A stretch of DNA of 64,000 bases, taken from Balanoglossus misakiensis. Lineage: Eukaryota; Animalia; Hemichordata. Positions 1-38,892 of the stretch are shown here, one piece after another. The translations under genes and the position numbers were made by a program. Position 1 is the first letter of the stretch. Every line of letters begins with the position of its first letter. The stretch spans positions 10,920,017 through 10,984,016 of the forward strand of contig CM082592.2 of NCBI GenBank assembly GCA_040954595.2, in the 5' to 3' direction. Below the pieces are notes generated by a model. The model was not told where the DNA came from. It ran no database searches and saw nothing but the letters and a program-made list of their open reading frames with translations.

Positions 1-2122
1 GTCAATTAGGCAATCAGTTGTAGTCAATCTAAACTCAGATGGATGTCTGAATCCGAAAAATGATCTTTATTTTGGTGACTGATGTTTTTCTATCTCAGAG
101 ATTTTCTCATATGTCAGTCATCAATTTGACCTCACTGACTGAGTTATCATTGTCCCGTAACCATTGGTAACATCCATGCTAGCATAGCTATTCCTTCCAC
201 TCAGCTGTGTTCAACAGAGCAAAAGTAATCTATTGAAATCAAATTTCATATGTAACACTTTCTTTTTGAGATCTTTCTTGTTTTGAGAGAAACTTTTGAT
301 GACATGCTGACAGTTTGATTCATGTGTTTGACCTTTGAGTAACCTACATTTCGATTTCTCCGTACCACGTTGGGGGAAATGTCAATCTGAACTTTCACCC
401 TGTTGCTGAGCAACATCTGTAGCAGCCAAGCATGCCATATTTTCCCCCTGAGCTGCTCAGATACCAGTGTTATAGCAGAGAGTACTCTTGCATATTGTAT
501 TTGCATAAAATGTATCTACACCTCATCTGCATCATTCTTATAATGTTAGCACTGTGCTAGTCCAAGGCTAGTGTGTTTACAAGAACTCTTTGGTCTGCCT
601 TGCAGCATTAGAACAACAGAAAACTTGAAAACAATCCCTCTCTACATGAAACTCTTGATACTCTCAAAATTAGCAACAAAACATGATCCTAGTGGGCAAG
701 AATTCATCGATAATAACAGAGCTCAAAGCGGTACCACAGTAGTGGAATATAGACAGGATTTGTTAAACTGCAAACACAAAGTTTGTTAGGATTGAAGAGA
801 TCCCATTACAAAGCATGCTGTGGAATTTTGCACAGTCAAGCTGTTTTAATTGTTACCAGTAAATACTTGACTGGGACTGTTCATGGCTGTTAGCACGGTT
901 CATTTCAGAATACAGGAAACACATTGCAGCGTCAATGCAGGCATTTCCTTTTGGGCTGTGGGATGAATGTTGGAGAATTCTCTGAAATATATTCTGAACC
1001 AAGGTCACACGTTCTCATAGTAATGTGACAGTGAAGTAAAACGACCATATGTTGTGACGTGTCTGTTGTAGGTTTTAAACTAAAAATACATGCATGTAAA
1101 CATCTATAATATAAATAGCCATTTTCACAGTTGTCATATGCATAATTGTGTTCAATAAAAGTGATAGTCAAAATTACTGCACCAGTGTCACATGTGGGGA
1201 AACTCATCAATGCGGTCATATTTCTGTATGTTAAATGTATCTTTTGCTGAGACTTTGAAAAGGGGTTTATTTACTTTTTTCAGATGACACTGCCAAATAT
1301 ATCATCTCTGTATGGTCATGAGTGCAGATGTTGCCCCATGAAAGTGTTGAATAATACGCATGTTATCCATTTTGTTGTTACATAGGGCGTCCGTGTACAC
1401 TATGTAAATACTGGGGAGAAATGTAATGTCCTGGTTAATGTGCAGCAGATTTTGTGTCTCGTTAATATTTCATTTCATGTAATTTTCATTGTGTGATTGA
1501 TTTGCCAGTTTCTGATGGTCACTTTGAATGTCAGAAACTGGAATTCTATGCATCAAATTGAAATTTTGTGCAAAAACTTTAGAGAATGCACAATAACTCT
1601 TTTAACAGTATGTGTTATGGCTTGATATTGGCCTCATGTTTATTCACTCACAAGAGTGTATCTATTAAAATACATGTCTGCATTTAAATGGATGCTGTAG
1701 ACTGTGTGTGTAGGAATGTATGCCAGTTCACTCATGGTGGCACTCTGTGACTTTTCCCATGATGCTCTGTGACCTGTCTTATGCCTGGCTTCAAATTGCC
1801 GAGGTACTTTAACCATAAAACAATCAATCTAACATCAGTGTAATTACACTACCACCTGTTTTTCTATAAATATTGGCCTGTACAGCCTGGGGGCTTGGAG
1901 TTCAGATTCTGTCTGATTTATTCAGTCAATGTACTTGCAATGTACACTTAACTTCTTAAGCTTTTCTGTTTTGATCTGTGATTAAATATAATTTTTGACA
2001 AAAGTTAAAGTTACATGTTGAAGTTCAGAAGTTTTCCAATATGCCAACAAGTGATTCTTTTTTCCGACATATGATTAAGGCAAATTATTTCAACATAGCA
2101 ATTTTCTCTTTTTCTTTATCAG

Positions 2123-29508
<27,386 letters not shown>

Positions 29509-32053
29509 TCAGATCATGGGAAAACTTTTTGACCATGACGATATCTTTATTTGCTTTTTTCTCTTTCTTGTCTGTCTTTTTTTACTTATCATCAACAGCT
29601 CATATATCTGAATGATGATGTAGTCAGTTATTCTTTTGCCAAAGTACAGTGTATGTGTTTCAATATTTAACGAGAAACGTAAAATAATATCTACTGTCTT
29701 CCTAAGTTGTTGAACAATTTCTTTCCCTCCATGGTTTATCCACCCCTACTCTGCTGAATGGACTGACCCATGTCAAATAGCTTTACACGTTCCATTGTGC
29801 AGAAGGGGTGGGGAAAGGGGGTGATTGCTGTGATGTGAGGAGTGAATCAAGACAGCATGAAATTCTGAGTGCCAGTACTAGAATAGAATCCTCCTGTTTG
29901 AACATTTGATTCTGAAATGGTAACGGCCATTGTTTTTAATACTGTTAACTAATGCAAAAAAATCAAATATTTGCCCCAAAGTGCATTGAAATTGTTTATT
30001 TTCCATCTTCTAGATTTAGAATTTTTTTGTTTGTTTTTTCATGAATTTATAAATTTTCTACTAATATTTTTAATTAGCTAAATATGGTGGTTTCTGACTC
30101 AGTTGTAGAGCAGTGCAATAATTATGATAATAATAACTGCTTTTTAAAAAAATGCTGTTTTTTGTAAAATAAATGTTGGGAAATTTAACTTGAGAAAATT
30201 CTCCATATTTGAAATTTTACTACTTGTACATGATAGAAGTGAGGTTAGCTTTGTCACACACTCAGGATTGTTTTCCAGCCTCTAAGTGGGGAAATTGTCA
30301 ATGTTTGTTTTTCAAATTATTGACTGGTGAAATGTATTGATCAGTAGAGTTGAGTGCAAATCACATCTGCAATCGAAATGTGTGTCACACTCAGATGATG
30401 TTTGTGAAGAGATGTGCAACAAATGAGACTGAACAATAATCAAAAATTACTCAAAAAGCAATAAATAGCACATGTCTTGGGCAACTCAGGTTATAGTAAT
30501 TTGTGAAATCAATATTCAACTCCCTAACTTTTATCAGAATTCTTGATCTCATAATGCCAGTCCGTCTAAGGGTGAAAACACTTGTCTCCATGGTGATCAG
30601 TAAATTTCAAAACGTGGAATAAAAATTACAACTAATAATCCTTAATAATTTATGATATTCTCTGCATAGATTAGAATAATATTGTGTGTAATATATGCTT
30701 GTAAAAATATTTATTGGTCAACTGAAGATTGGAAGTAGTGATGCAAGGAGTTGACATTTTTTTTAAGTCAGAAGGTCAGAAAGTGAGCATGTTATTTGCT
30801 GAAATTTTGAACTGTTGAGGAAATGCAGATTTCACAGAATTAAAATATTTACTGGCCTACGTAGATGTACATTTACCAAATGCATTTACTGTAAAAAAAT
30901 TATAAAACCATGCAATAGTTTTGGAAGATGCCTCAACTGTAATGTGTCATTTTCTGTATGAATGTGCATGTTGATTTTACATGGAATCTTTTTGTAAGAT
31001 GATGTTATTGCCAGTGTTTTGAGTAGTAGCTAGTGTGCTGATAGTCAATTTTGTGTGTGAGGGTGATAGTTTTGACATTAAATAACATTTGTACATAGTC
31101 TACTGCCCAACTTGAGAATAATAATGCGTATTATAATTTTGCAGTTCATTTCTAATTATTTTTTTCAACAATAAATGTAGCATAAAACATCTCCATGAAA
31201 ATTCTGCATTTTACTGGGATTTTCGCTCATATTCAACGATGAGATTTGTTTGCTTTTTCAATTGTGTGTCACATGAGCACAGCTGGACCAATAAGGTCAG
31301 TATTCTCAACTAATATGTAATTAGCAGACTGCCATTGGACTATTTTGTCATGTGATCACACAGGATTTACATTGATGTGTGCCAGCATAATTTGAAAAAA
31401 AAAATCAAAATTTATATAATTTACAATAATGCAATTTCAAAAGTCCTTGCACAGTTTAGCTTTGGTAATATAGTCAAACCTGTCCATAGTGGTCAGTCTT
31501 CCTAAACTGAGGTGGCCAGTCTTTTTAACATACATGTATTTCACCAGTTTCTGTTGACGTTGCTGTCTGGAAGTTGTGAAAGCTTTCCGTATATTCATGC
31601 ATCCTCATACGCACTGATGAATCTACATAGATCTGCTTCTGACCGGAAGAGTTTCGGATCACCTTTCGATTTTGAACATTTTGAACATTTCACTACAAGC
31701 ATGTTATCTTTAATTCTGTGCAGGATTGAACATGACAGCCATAACACAACTTTAAACAACTTGTATATTATTATTATCATTATTATTATTATGAATTTGT
31801 TACTTTAATGTGTTAACCACTTTACTTTGTAAATGACAATTTTGTTAAAAATATTTGTTACTAACTGGTAGTTAATTTATGATTTCAGCAATATTATAAT
31901 GTATTTCAGTCTGGCCTTCTGTAGAAATTGTATGTTTAGAGTCTCTGGAAAGTTTGACTGTGTCACTGCATGCTTCTGAGATTGGACACATAATTTCTGT
32001 GGCTAGACCTGATGGTGCAATTTTACTGCAAACCATTAAGATATTAGTTTGAT

Positions 32054-32059
32054 AATAAA
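32054..32059 (+). terminator. Candidate polyadenylation signal ending a long AT-rich smoothelin 3' UTR
   Basis: AATAAA followed by a T-rich tract where the AT-rich UTR-like sequence ends. Earlier AATAAA sites (about 30168, 30460, 30618, 31170) are alternatives. Confidence 0.4.
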
Positions 32060-32964
32060 TCGGTTTATATTCCCATTTATTTTTGACTCAGATTATCTTT
32101 CAACGTATACCCTGTTGAGGCTCCAGTTTCAGTTGCCCTCTTCCACAAACCTTCACGTAAAAGGCCAATATTCATGATTCACTCATTTGCATATTGTTCT
32201 CAACACCTGTGTGCCTCGTATGGTGCACATGCGAAGTTGGTGCCACGCCATGACTGAGCAGTTACTGAAGTGCTGATTTTGCGGCCTTGCTTTCTGGACC
32301 TGTATTTGTCGCAGTTTTTTGAACTTGAGATAGTGTCCTGTCTACTTGAACTGAAGTGTCTCGAAGGGACTGTCTTACACTGGTGTCATTGGTGGGATAG
32401 AAAGGAGCAGAGCCTGGTGGTTCCAAGTACATGTGACTGAAACTCAGGTAAGTTCCCGGACATAGTCTGGTGATCTTTTTCCAAGCGAATTCAGACCTAA
32501 ATTTGAAATGATGTCGCTAGCATTTAAACTCAAAACCAGTCATCAATCGTTGGAATTAATGCCAACACGCGCCACAAGTCATAGAGACATCGGGAGAACA
32601 ACCACAGCCGTAACAGAAGGAGGTATAAATCTCGTTTCTATGGTCGCAAACATAAATCCCACGACCACACAACTATTGACGCTGTACACTGTTTAATTAC
32701 TATAGTTGAGACAGTCAGTCAATCAAACGCATAACTATCTTTAAATATATACAATTAACTGTCGTGATCAATATTGTCGGGCTTATTAATTGTTAAACTC
32801 CACTGTATGAAATGTCAACCTTCACTTAAATCGACCAAAATTTGGTGAAATCTAGATTCCTACAATAATTATCTTTCTTGTGTAATTCTTTGTTTAAAAT
32901 ACGTGGACCTGTTTTAGGTGCTTTCTTTGGTTGTAGCCTAAAATACGGGGCATTGTATCATCTC

Positions 32965-34135
32965 CTATTTTTCGTTCAGTTTGGTTCTGCAGGACTTGCG
33001 TTGTTTGATGAGAAATATTATGTCCAGTATGACGATGACCGTGACGGTCACAAGAATCACTGTCGTGATCAGCGAAAAGGGCAGATTTCGTTTAACTGCA
33101 TCACTTGATCTTGCTTTCTTGCCCCCGCCTGGGTTCGTTTCTGTAGTGGTTGTTACCATGGTGTCGGTAGATTGTATGGTTGTAGTTATTTCTGGCTTTG
33201 TCGTGAGAGATGTTGTCTTCGTCGACGTCGGCTGAGGAGCGAGCGTGGTCACTGCAGCTGAAAGTAACCATCAGTATGCGTTGTTAGATGGCCACTCTTT
33301 GATTATTATATGTGCATATGGTGAAAAATATTATAAAGAGATTTAATCGATTAATACAGTTTAGTCTTCGCGGTTCGCATGCATATTTTCTTACCTGGAT
33401 ATCTGCAGATGTAGAACGTCTTCACATGACACGGCTGAGTTAACCAACTGTATCCTTCCGCCCTTTTCAGAACCACGCATTCATCATCCGGGATTTCCAC
33501 CCAATCTGTGTATCCCGTCATGTCCACATAGGTGCTGTCAACCCACTTGTAGTTGTCAGCGCCCAAGTCGTACCTCAACCCGAGCCAATAATCTTTGGTT
33601 TGGTCGACTATGGTCAAAAGGAAGTCTTTATCAGCTTGTTTTTTGACCATAGCCACATCACCTCCAGAAGTTTGGCAGAAACTTCTGGCGTCATTGTAAG
33701 TCTCACTCGTTGCTGAAAATACTTCGTATTCGTCACCTTCGTACAAATGATTATCAGCTATTCGAACAGAAAACACGTGATAGAAAAAGAAAAGAAAACC
33801 GTTATTTTATCCTTACCAGAAAAAAATACGCTAATTATTTACATGTATACAAAAAGGGGAAATTATGTTTCCTCTTCCTTTGAAGTTGACTGTAAATGAC
33901 TTTAAAACATAAGGTAACGGTGACAGTAATATTAAATGACGCAGTCAACTGAAAGTTAGGCACTTAACTTGTAGTATTCATATTAATTGCAGGCAAAACA
34001 CGATTATGGCCAATATTTTCACTTTCTAATTCCGAAAGTTGGGTACTCACCTTGTAGAGTTAAAAATTGCAGGCAAAACGTGACAATGGCCAAGATTTTC
34101 ATCTGTCGAATCGGAGGAACACTCGCTGTCTCCAT
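32965..34135 (-). CDS. Type-I membrane C-type lectin domain protein 1 (signal peptide, CTLD, Thr-rich stalk, TM)
   Basis: Exons 34135-34051 (METASVPPIRQMKILAIVTFCLQFLTLQ), 33757-33395 (CTLD: YNDARSFCQTSGGDVA..YWLGL..WVDST..ECVVLK..W.TQPC..FYICRYP) and 33257-32965 (Thr-rich stalk, TM LPFSLITTVILVTVTVIVILDIIFLI, basic tail); all introns phase 1. Confidence 0.85.
33962..34038 (-). pseudogene. Degenerate tandem copy of the lectin-1 signal-peptide exon
   Basis: aattgcaggcaaaacacgattatggccaatattttcac mirrors aattgcaggcaaaacgtgacaatggccaagattttcat in the real exon just upstream. The internal ATG reads GTG and the donor GT reads TT. Confidence 0.65.
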
Positions 34136-35114
34136 CACTTTCCAACATTCACTGTGCACTTAATGTTAACATGTCTGAGTAACATTTGATCAGAATGCAT
34201 AGTACACTTAATAATGCTCACAAAAGGCTTATTTGACTGCTTTAATCATCTCAATACAATCTTTCGTTTTTACACTCGCAAACAGAGACCACCTTTCTTT
34301 TGCTGTTTGTGTGGGCCTTTCACTGCGTCTTATACAAACTCATTAGGACTGCTTTCAAAATACGCTTTGGGTCAGAGTTCACTGCTTCACTACCAAGGCA
34401 ACGTACTTTACAGTGTTAATAAGTTTTTTTCTCCGAATATTTCAAAATGTCCAAGTGAGTGAGGCAGTGTGAAGCTGTCTCGTAACATTGTTATTGATAA
34501 GTAAGTTCTTTATCAGTTCACTCTTCAAACAGGTATGCACTAATATGACACGTGCACGGATGATGTAACCTACGAGGACAGGCCTATTGCATTTTCAAGT
34601 TTACATACAACGGGCTGCAAAGAAAACGCTTATTGTGTACGTGCTCTCTTTTGCTATTGGCATCGGCTCCAGACCAAAATAGGTCAACTATATAAAAATG
34701 TATTTTCACGGCTTCTGTGTGAAAACTATCGATCGCTGCTGTTGAATAGATGAGAACTATACAGCTCTAAAGTATTGATTGCTCCAATTATGTTATCAAT
34801 TCAAAAAAATCTTTAAAAGTACACTTATTGTGGATTGACAGTGATTCAAAATCTATATCATACTTTGCATACGATGGAGTTATTCTTGTATTAGTGCTTG
34901 CGAACGGTATCAAGGGGACTTTGTCGGGGAGTCATTACTTATTAAACATGTTAAACACGCCCGGTCCGAAAGTTTTTTTTAAATGGTTAAATGATCATTC
35001 ACTTCGACTTGTGCAAGTTGAGTTCTTTTTGCGATACGATCCAATGCAGTGCGCATACTTCCTCAACAGCAAGAAAGATACTACGGGTAAACAGTTTTGG
35101 TGTACAGTACGTTG

Positions 35115-37779
35115 TCATGGTATATGACGAGTGGGCACTGTCGATGTCCCTTGGCGCGCTGTGCTGTGCATCTTGAGGTAACTGTCTACCACAGAGAAGA
35201 GGGCCTGGCGATTAGGTGCAACTTTCCCATTATTCGTTTTACCTTGAGTGCGTGCAGGTCTGTTTTTGTCTTGTTTTGCATCCAAATTGGCCTTTCCTGG
35301 TTGGGCAGTATTGGTCACTGATCCACTTTTCTTTGCCATTGCAATGAAGAAGAGCAGGTCGACCACCACGAGAGTGACTGCGATTGCAACAAGTAGGGAA
35401 GGGAAGGCGTATGACGACACTTGCCGAAGCAATTGATCGGATTCCTTGAGAGTTTCTTCGTGTACTGCTGTGGATTCCTCGGGCGTTGTTGTTGGCGCTT
35501 CCGAGGAATTAACTGTGACCGTGCCATTTGTAAGGATAGTTGATGTGACGTTAGAACTGTCAGATACAACGCGTGTAGACACTGGGATGTTCAAATTTCC
35601 AGTTGACGAAGATGGCGACAACTCGGCTGTTGATGATTCAGTTGTAGGCCTTTGTGAGGACGTTACTGCAGTACTGGTCGATGTTGTGGTAAATGTTTTT
35701 GGATTGAGAGTTGTTCTGGGTTCAGTTGTTGGCTTTTGTGACGTTACTGCAGTACTGGTCGATGTTGTGGTAAATGTTTTTGGATTGAGAGTTGTTCTGG
35801 GTTCAGTTGTTGGCTTTTGTGACGTTACTGCAGTACTGGTCGATGTTGTGGTAAATGTTTTTGGATTGAGAGTTGTTCTGGGTTCAGTTGTTGGCTTTTG
35901 TGACGTTACTGCAGTACTGGTCGATGTTGTGGTAAATGTTTTTGGATTGAGAGTTGTTCTGGGTTCAGTTGTTGGCTTTTGTGACGTTACTGCAGTACTG
36001 GTCGATGTTGTGGTAAATGTTTTTGGATTGAGAGTTGTTCTGGGTTCAGTTGTTGGCTTTTGTGACGTTACTGCAGTACTGGTCGATGTTGTGGTAAATG
36101 TTTTTGGATTGAGAGTTGTTCTGGGTTCAGTTGTTGGCTTTTGTGACGTTATTGCAGTACTGGTCGATGTTGTGGTAAATGTTTTTGGATTGAGAGTTGT
36201 TCTGGGTTCAGTTGTTGGCTTTTGTGACGTTACTGCAGTACTGGTCGATGTTGTGGAAAAAGTGCTTGATTTAGGAGTTGTTCCGGATTCAGTTGTATGA
36301 CCGCGTGTCGATCGCGGAGGCTTAGTTGATGTACCATCTGTAAACGTGTCCGAAGTGCTTTGGGAGGGCGTACTTGACTTGATAGAAGACGATTGTTGAA
36401 CAGATGAAACCTCAATCGTTCCTGCCTGTAATGTAACTGTTGGCCCCGTTGACGCAAGTATCGATGACCAAAACCCAGAAGTCCTGGGAACAGCTCCCTG
36501 AAAGCCTGAGTGTGACTGGTCGGGAATCATGGTTCTTGGTAGGGCTGGAAAGGGAACATACAGAATATGGAATCTATAAATGAACTGTTGGCATCTAAGT
36601 CTACTAAAACGAATCAATATGACCAGTATCCAACGCTCAATCAGTCAATCACGATTTTTAAAACGTCAAACAGAATTTATGTAAATGACCTGAATATTTG
36701 CTGATAGGAAACAAAGCAAGACTGTATTCACTTACCGGTTATTTCTGTCGTTGCCAATCCTTGTGTTTGTGTTGTAGATCGGTCAGCAGGTGTTGTCGCT
36801 GTAGTAGTCAGATAACCTTGACGGAAACACAAGAAATAAAAACACGTAGAGTGAATCCTGTCATTACGGACACCTCTCTTGTCAGGACACTTCTCTACAT
36901 GTATTACACATTTTCCCATGGCGTTGGAGAAATTACTTGAGCAAACCTATACATGGTTCGGCATTTGTTAAAATACCGTGTTCCCTAACTATTTGTTGAT
37001 AAAACTTCACTGTACCTTGATATTCGCAAATGAATCCCATATCTTCAAAATCACAACTGCTTCCTGTCCACTGAAAATAGTTGTTGGCGCTAATGTAAAC
37101 GCAGTTGTCACCACTTTGTGGTTCCTGGTTAGCCCAGTACTGGAAGGTGAGGTCTGTCCCGTCGTACCATCTAAATATGTTGTATGATTCGCGATGCAGT
37201 CCAATATAGTATCTATCAGATTTTCCCGCCAATGCATGCTCCAAACAAAGTTGTTGCTGTTGATTTCTTATCGTTGCTAGTTTTCCGCCGTACCACTGAC
37301 ACTGTGATTTCGCTTCCGATAAACTCTCATAGTCTTCGCTTCCATAATAAATCCTGTAGCACACGTGTCCGCATGTAAATTGGCCCGTGTCACACCCTAG
37401 AATGACACAGTGCGTCCTTAACATTTGAGAACATTTAGACTTGGAGGTTCACTCGAACAACACAGCAAACTGTTAATAATATTGTTGTATACCGTGGCAT
37501 ATCCAAGGAGGATTTTAAAAGGTGCCAACCTGACTTGTAAATGAACGTTTGCCTCTGTGTACGAAACAAATCATAGTGTTGTGATAGATAAGATAGCATT
37601 CTTGTCCAGACTGTTCGTTGTGCTCCAACTGAAGGACAAGGATCAAACTTGCCATGGATCACAGACTAAGCTTAGGTTTATTTGACGACGCAATAAACTG
37701 GAATCCTACCTTCAACCAATAATGAAGCAAAAGCCATTGTGATAGAAACTCTCAAAGCTGTTTCTCGGAGTATCTTCAT
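35115..37779 (-). CDS. Type-I membrane C-type lectin domain protein 2 with a long mucin-like repeat stalk
   Basis: Exons 37779-37710 (MKILRETALRVSITMAFASLLVE), 37396-37016 (CTLD: CGHVCY..EAKSQCQWYGGKLA..YYIGL..WYDGT..YWANQEPQSGDNCVYI..WTGSSC..FICEY), 36816-36736 and 36497-35115 (Ser/Thr stalk, TM AFPSLLVAIAVTLVVVDLLFFIAMA, tail). Confidence 0.85.
35659..36255 (-). repeat. Coding minisatellite, 81-bp unit x 7 plus a partial copy (27-aa TSTSTAVTSQKPTTEPRTTLNPKTFTT)
   Basis: The anchor gacgtta recurs at 35659, 35740, 35821, 35902, 35983, 36064, 36145 and 36226. Copies are near-identical; one encodes Ile instead of Val. Confidence 0.97.
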
Positions 37780-37865
37780 GACTCCAGTCTCAGTCTCAGC
37801 GAATTACCACAATCTCCACGATCTGGGTTTCTTGTGATATTGTTGTCATTCAAGAGGAAACTCTC

Positions 37866-37874
37866 CTTTTATAA
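37866..37874 (-). promoter_or_regulatory. Candidate TATA box of lectin 2
   Basis: Reverse complement reads TTATAAAAG about 90 bp upstream of the ATG at 37779. Confidence 0.45.
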
Positions 37875-38892
37875 CCTCGTAGCGACAGCTGAGAACCAAT
37901 TTACTGCTTTATTGAGTCTTGAAACAAAAGCTTTTCCTATAACTCACACAGTTCTGGCGATAGTTTTCCGAATTTTATTGATTTTGTAGCCCTACTTCTT
38001 ATAACATTTAAATGGGGTCGTTCAGAACATGAGAGACACGCCTCAGGACTTTACATTTCGGTTATTTATCTATCTCAATGCTTTCTGACACAGATTTCAT
38101 TGATATATTTTGTTTCCGTGAGTTAGTGAAAGATGAAGTCTTAAAATATGTGTCTGGGTCAAGGAAGTGACGCAAAACTGTTCGTCGATTAGTCACGTAG
38201 TATTGTGAACGAAAAGAATGGACACGCCAGGAAACCAGAGCCCCTAACTTAGTCAGCCTCTGAGATCAGAAAATGTGACTTTTTTTCCCTGAATTACAGG
38301 ATAGGACACCCTGTAGCTACGACAGCTACCAATAGCCGTTAGATGTGGGGGAGGGGTTTAAATTGACTCTTCTGTGTAACCTTGAATCCAAATTTTCTCT
38401 GTAACCTCGGGCACTGTTAATTATGGATAGCACCGTTCACAGGGGAAGGCCACCAGTTTGGATGAAACAAGTGCAAAATTACTTTTCAGGTCTCGGCGTG
38501 TCGAGACTTGAATCAATAAAAAAACACTGTTCGGGCAAGTTCATAATTCATAAAAGAGGACTTGTCTGTGTACATTTGTACGTGAGGGGTACCTTAATCA
38601 CGAAAATGAAGCATACCCGAAAATAGTAGGTAACCTTTCTGCTAATAGAACTCATTATAGATAATTGACATAGCAGGTACAGAAATGTTCATGAATTGCT
38701 TTCGTATATCAAATAATGTTCATATTGACTGAGCACCTAACCCAGGGTGTATCTCAGTTTAACACCCTTTATGGTGACAATAACCTTGCTGTAGCGCTAA
38801 ATTTAGTTTGTAGCACACATAAATCCGAAAACATTGTTTACTGGAATTCGTTCAGACAACAGCAGAAGCCAAGTTCCTGACTCCTAAGTAAC

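Noticed and set aside
35659-36255. Regular repeats that could suggest a CRISPR array
   Set aside because: No unique spacers; contiguous in-frame 81-bp coding units in a eukaryotic exon.
35446-36300. 284-aa Val-rich ORF on +
   Set aside because: Antisense shadow of the Thr-rich lectin-2 repeat; the minus frame has the splice sites, TM and lectin domain.
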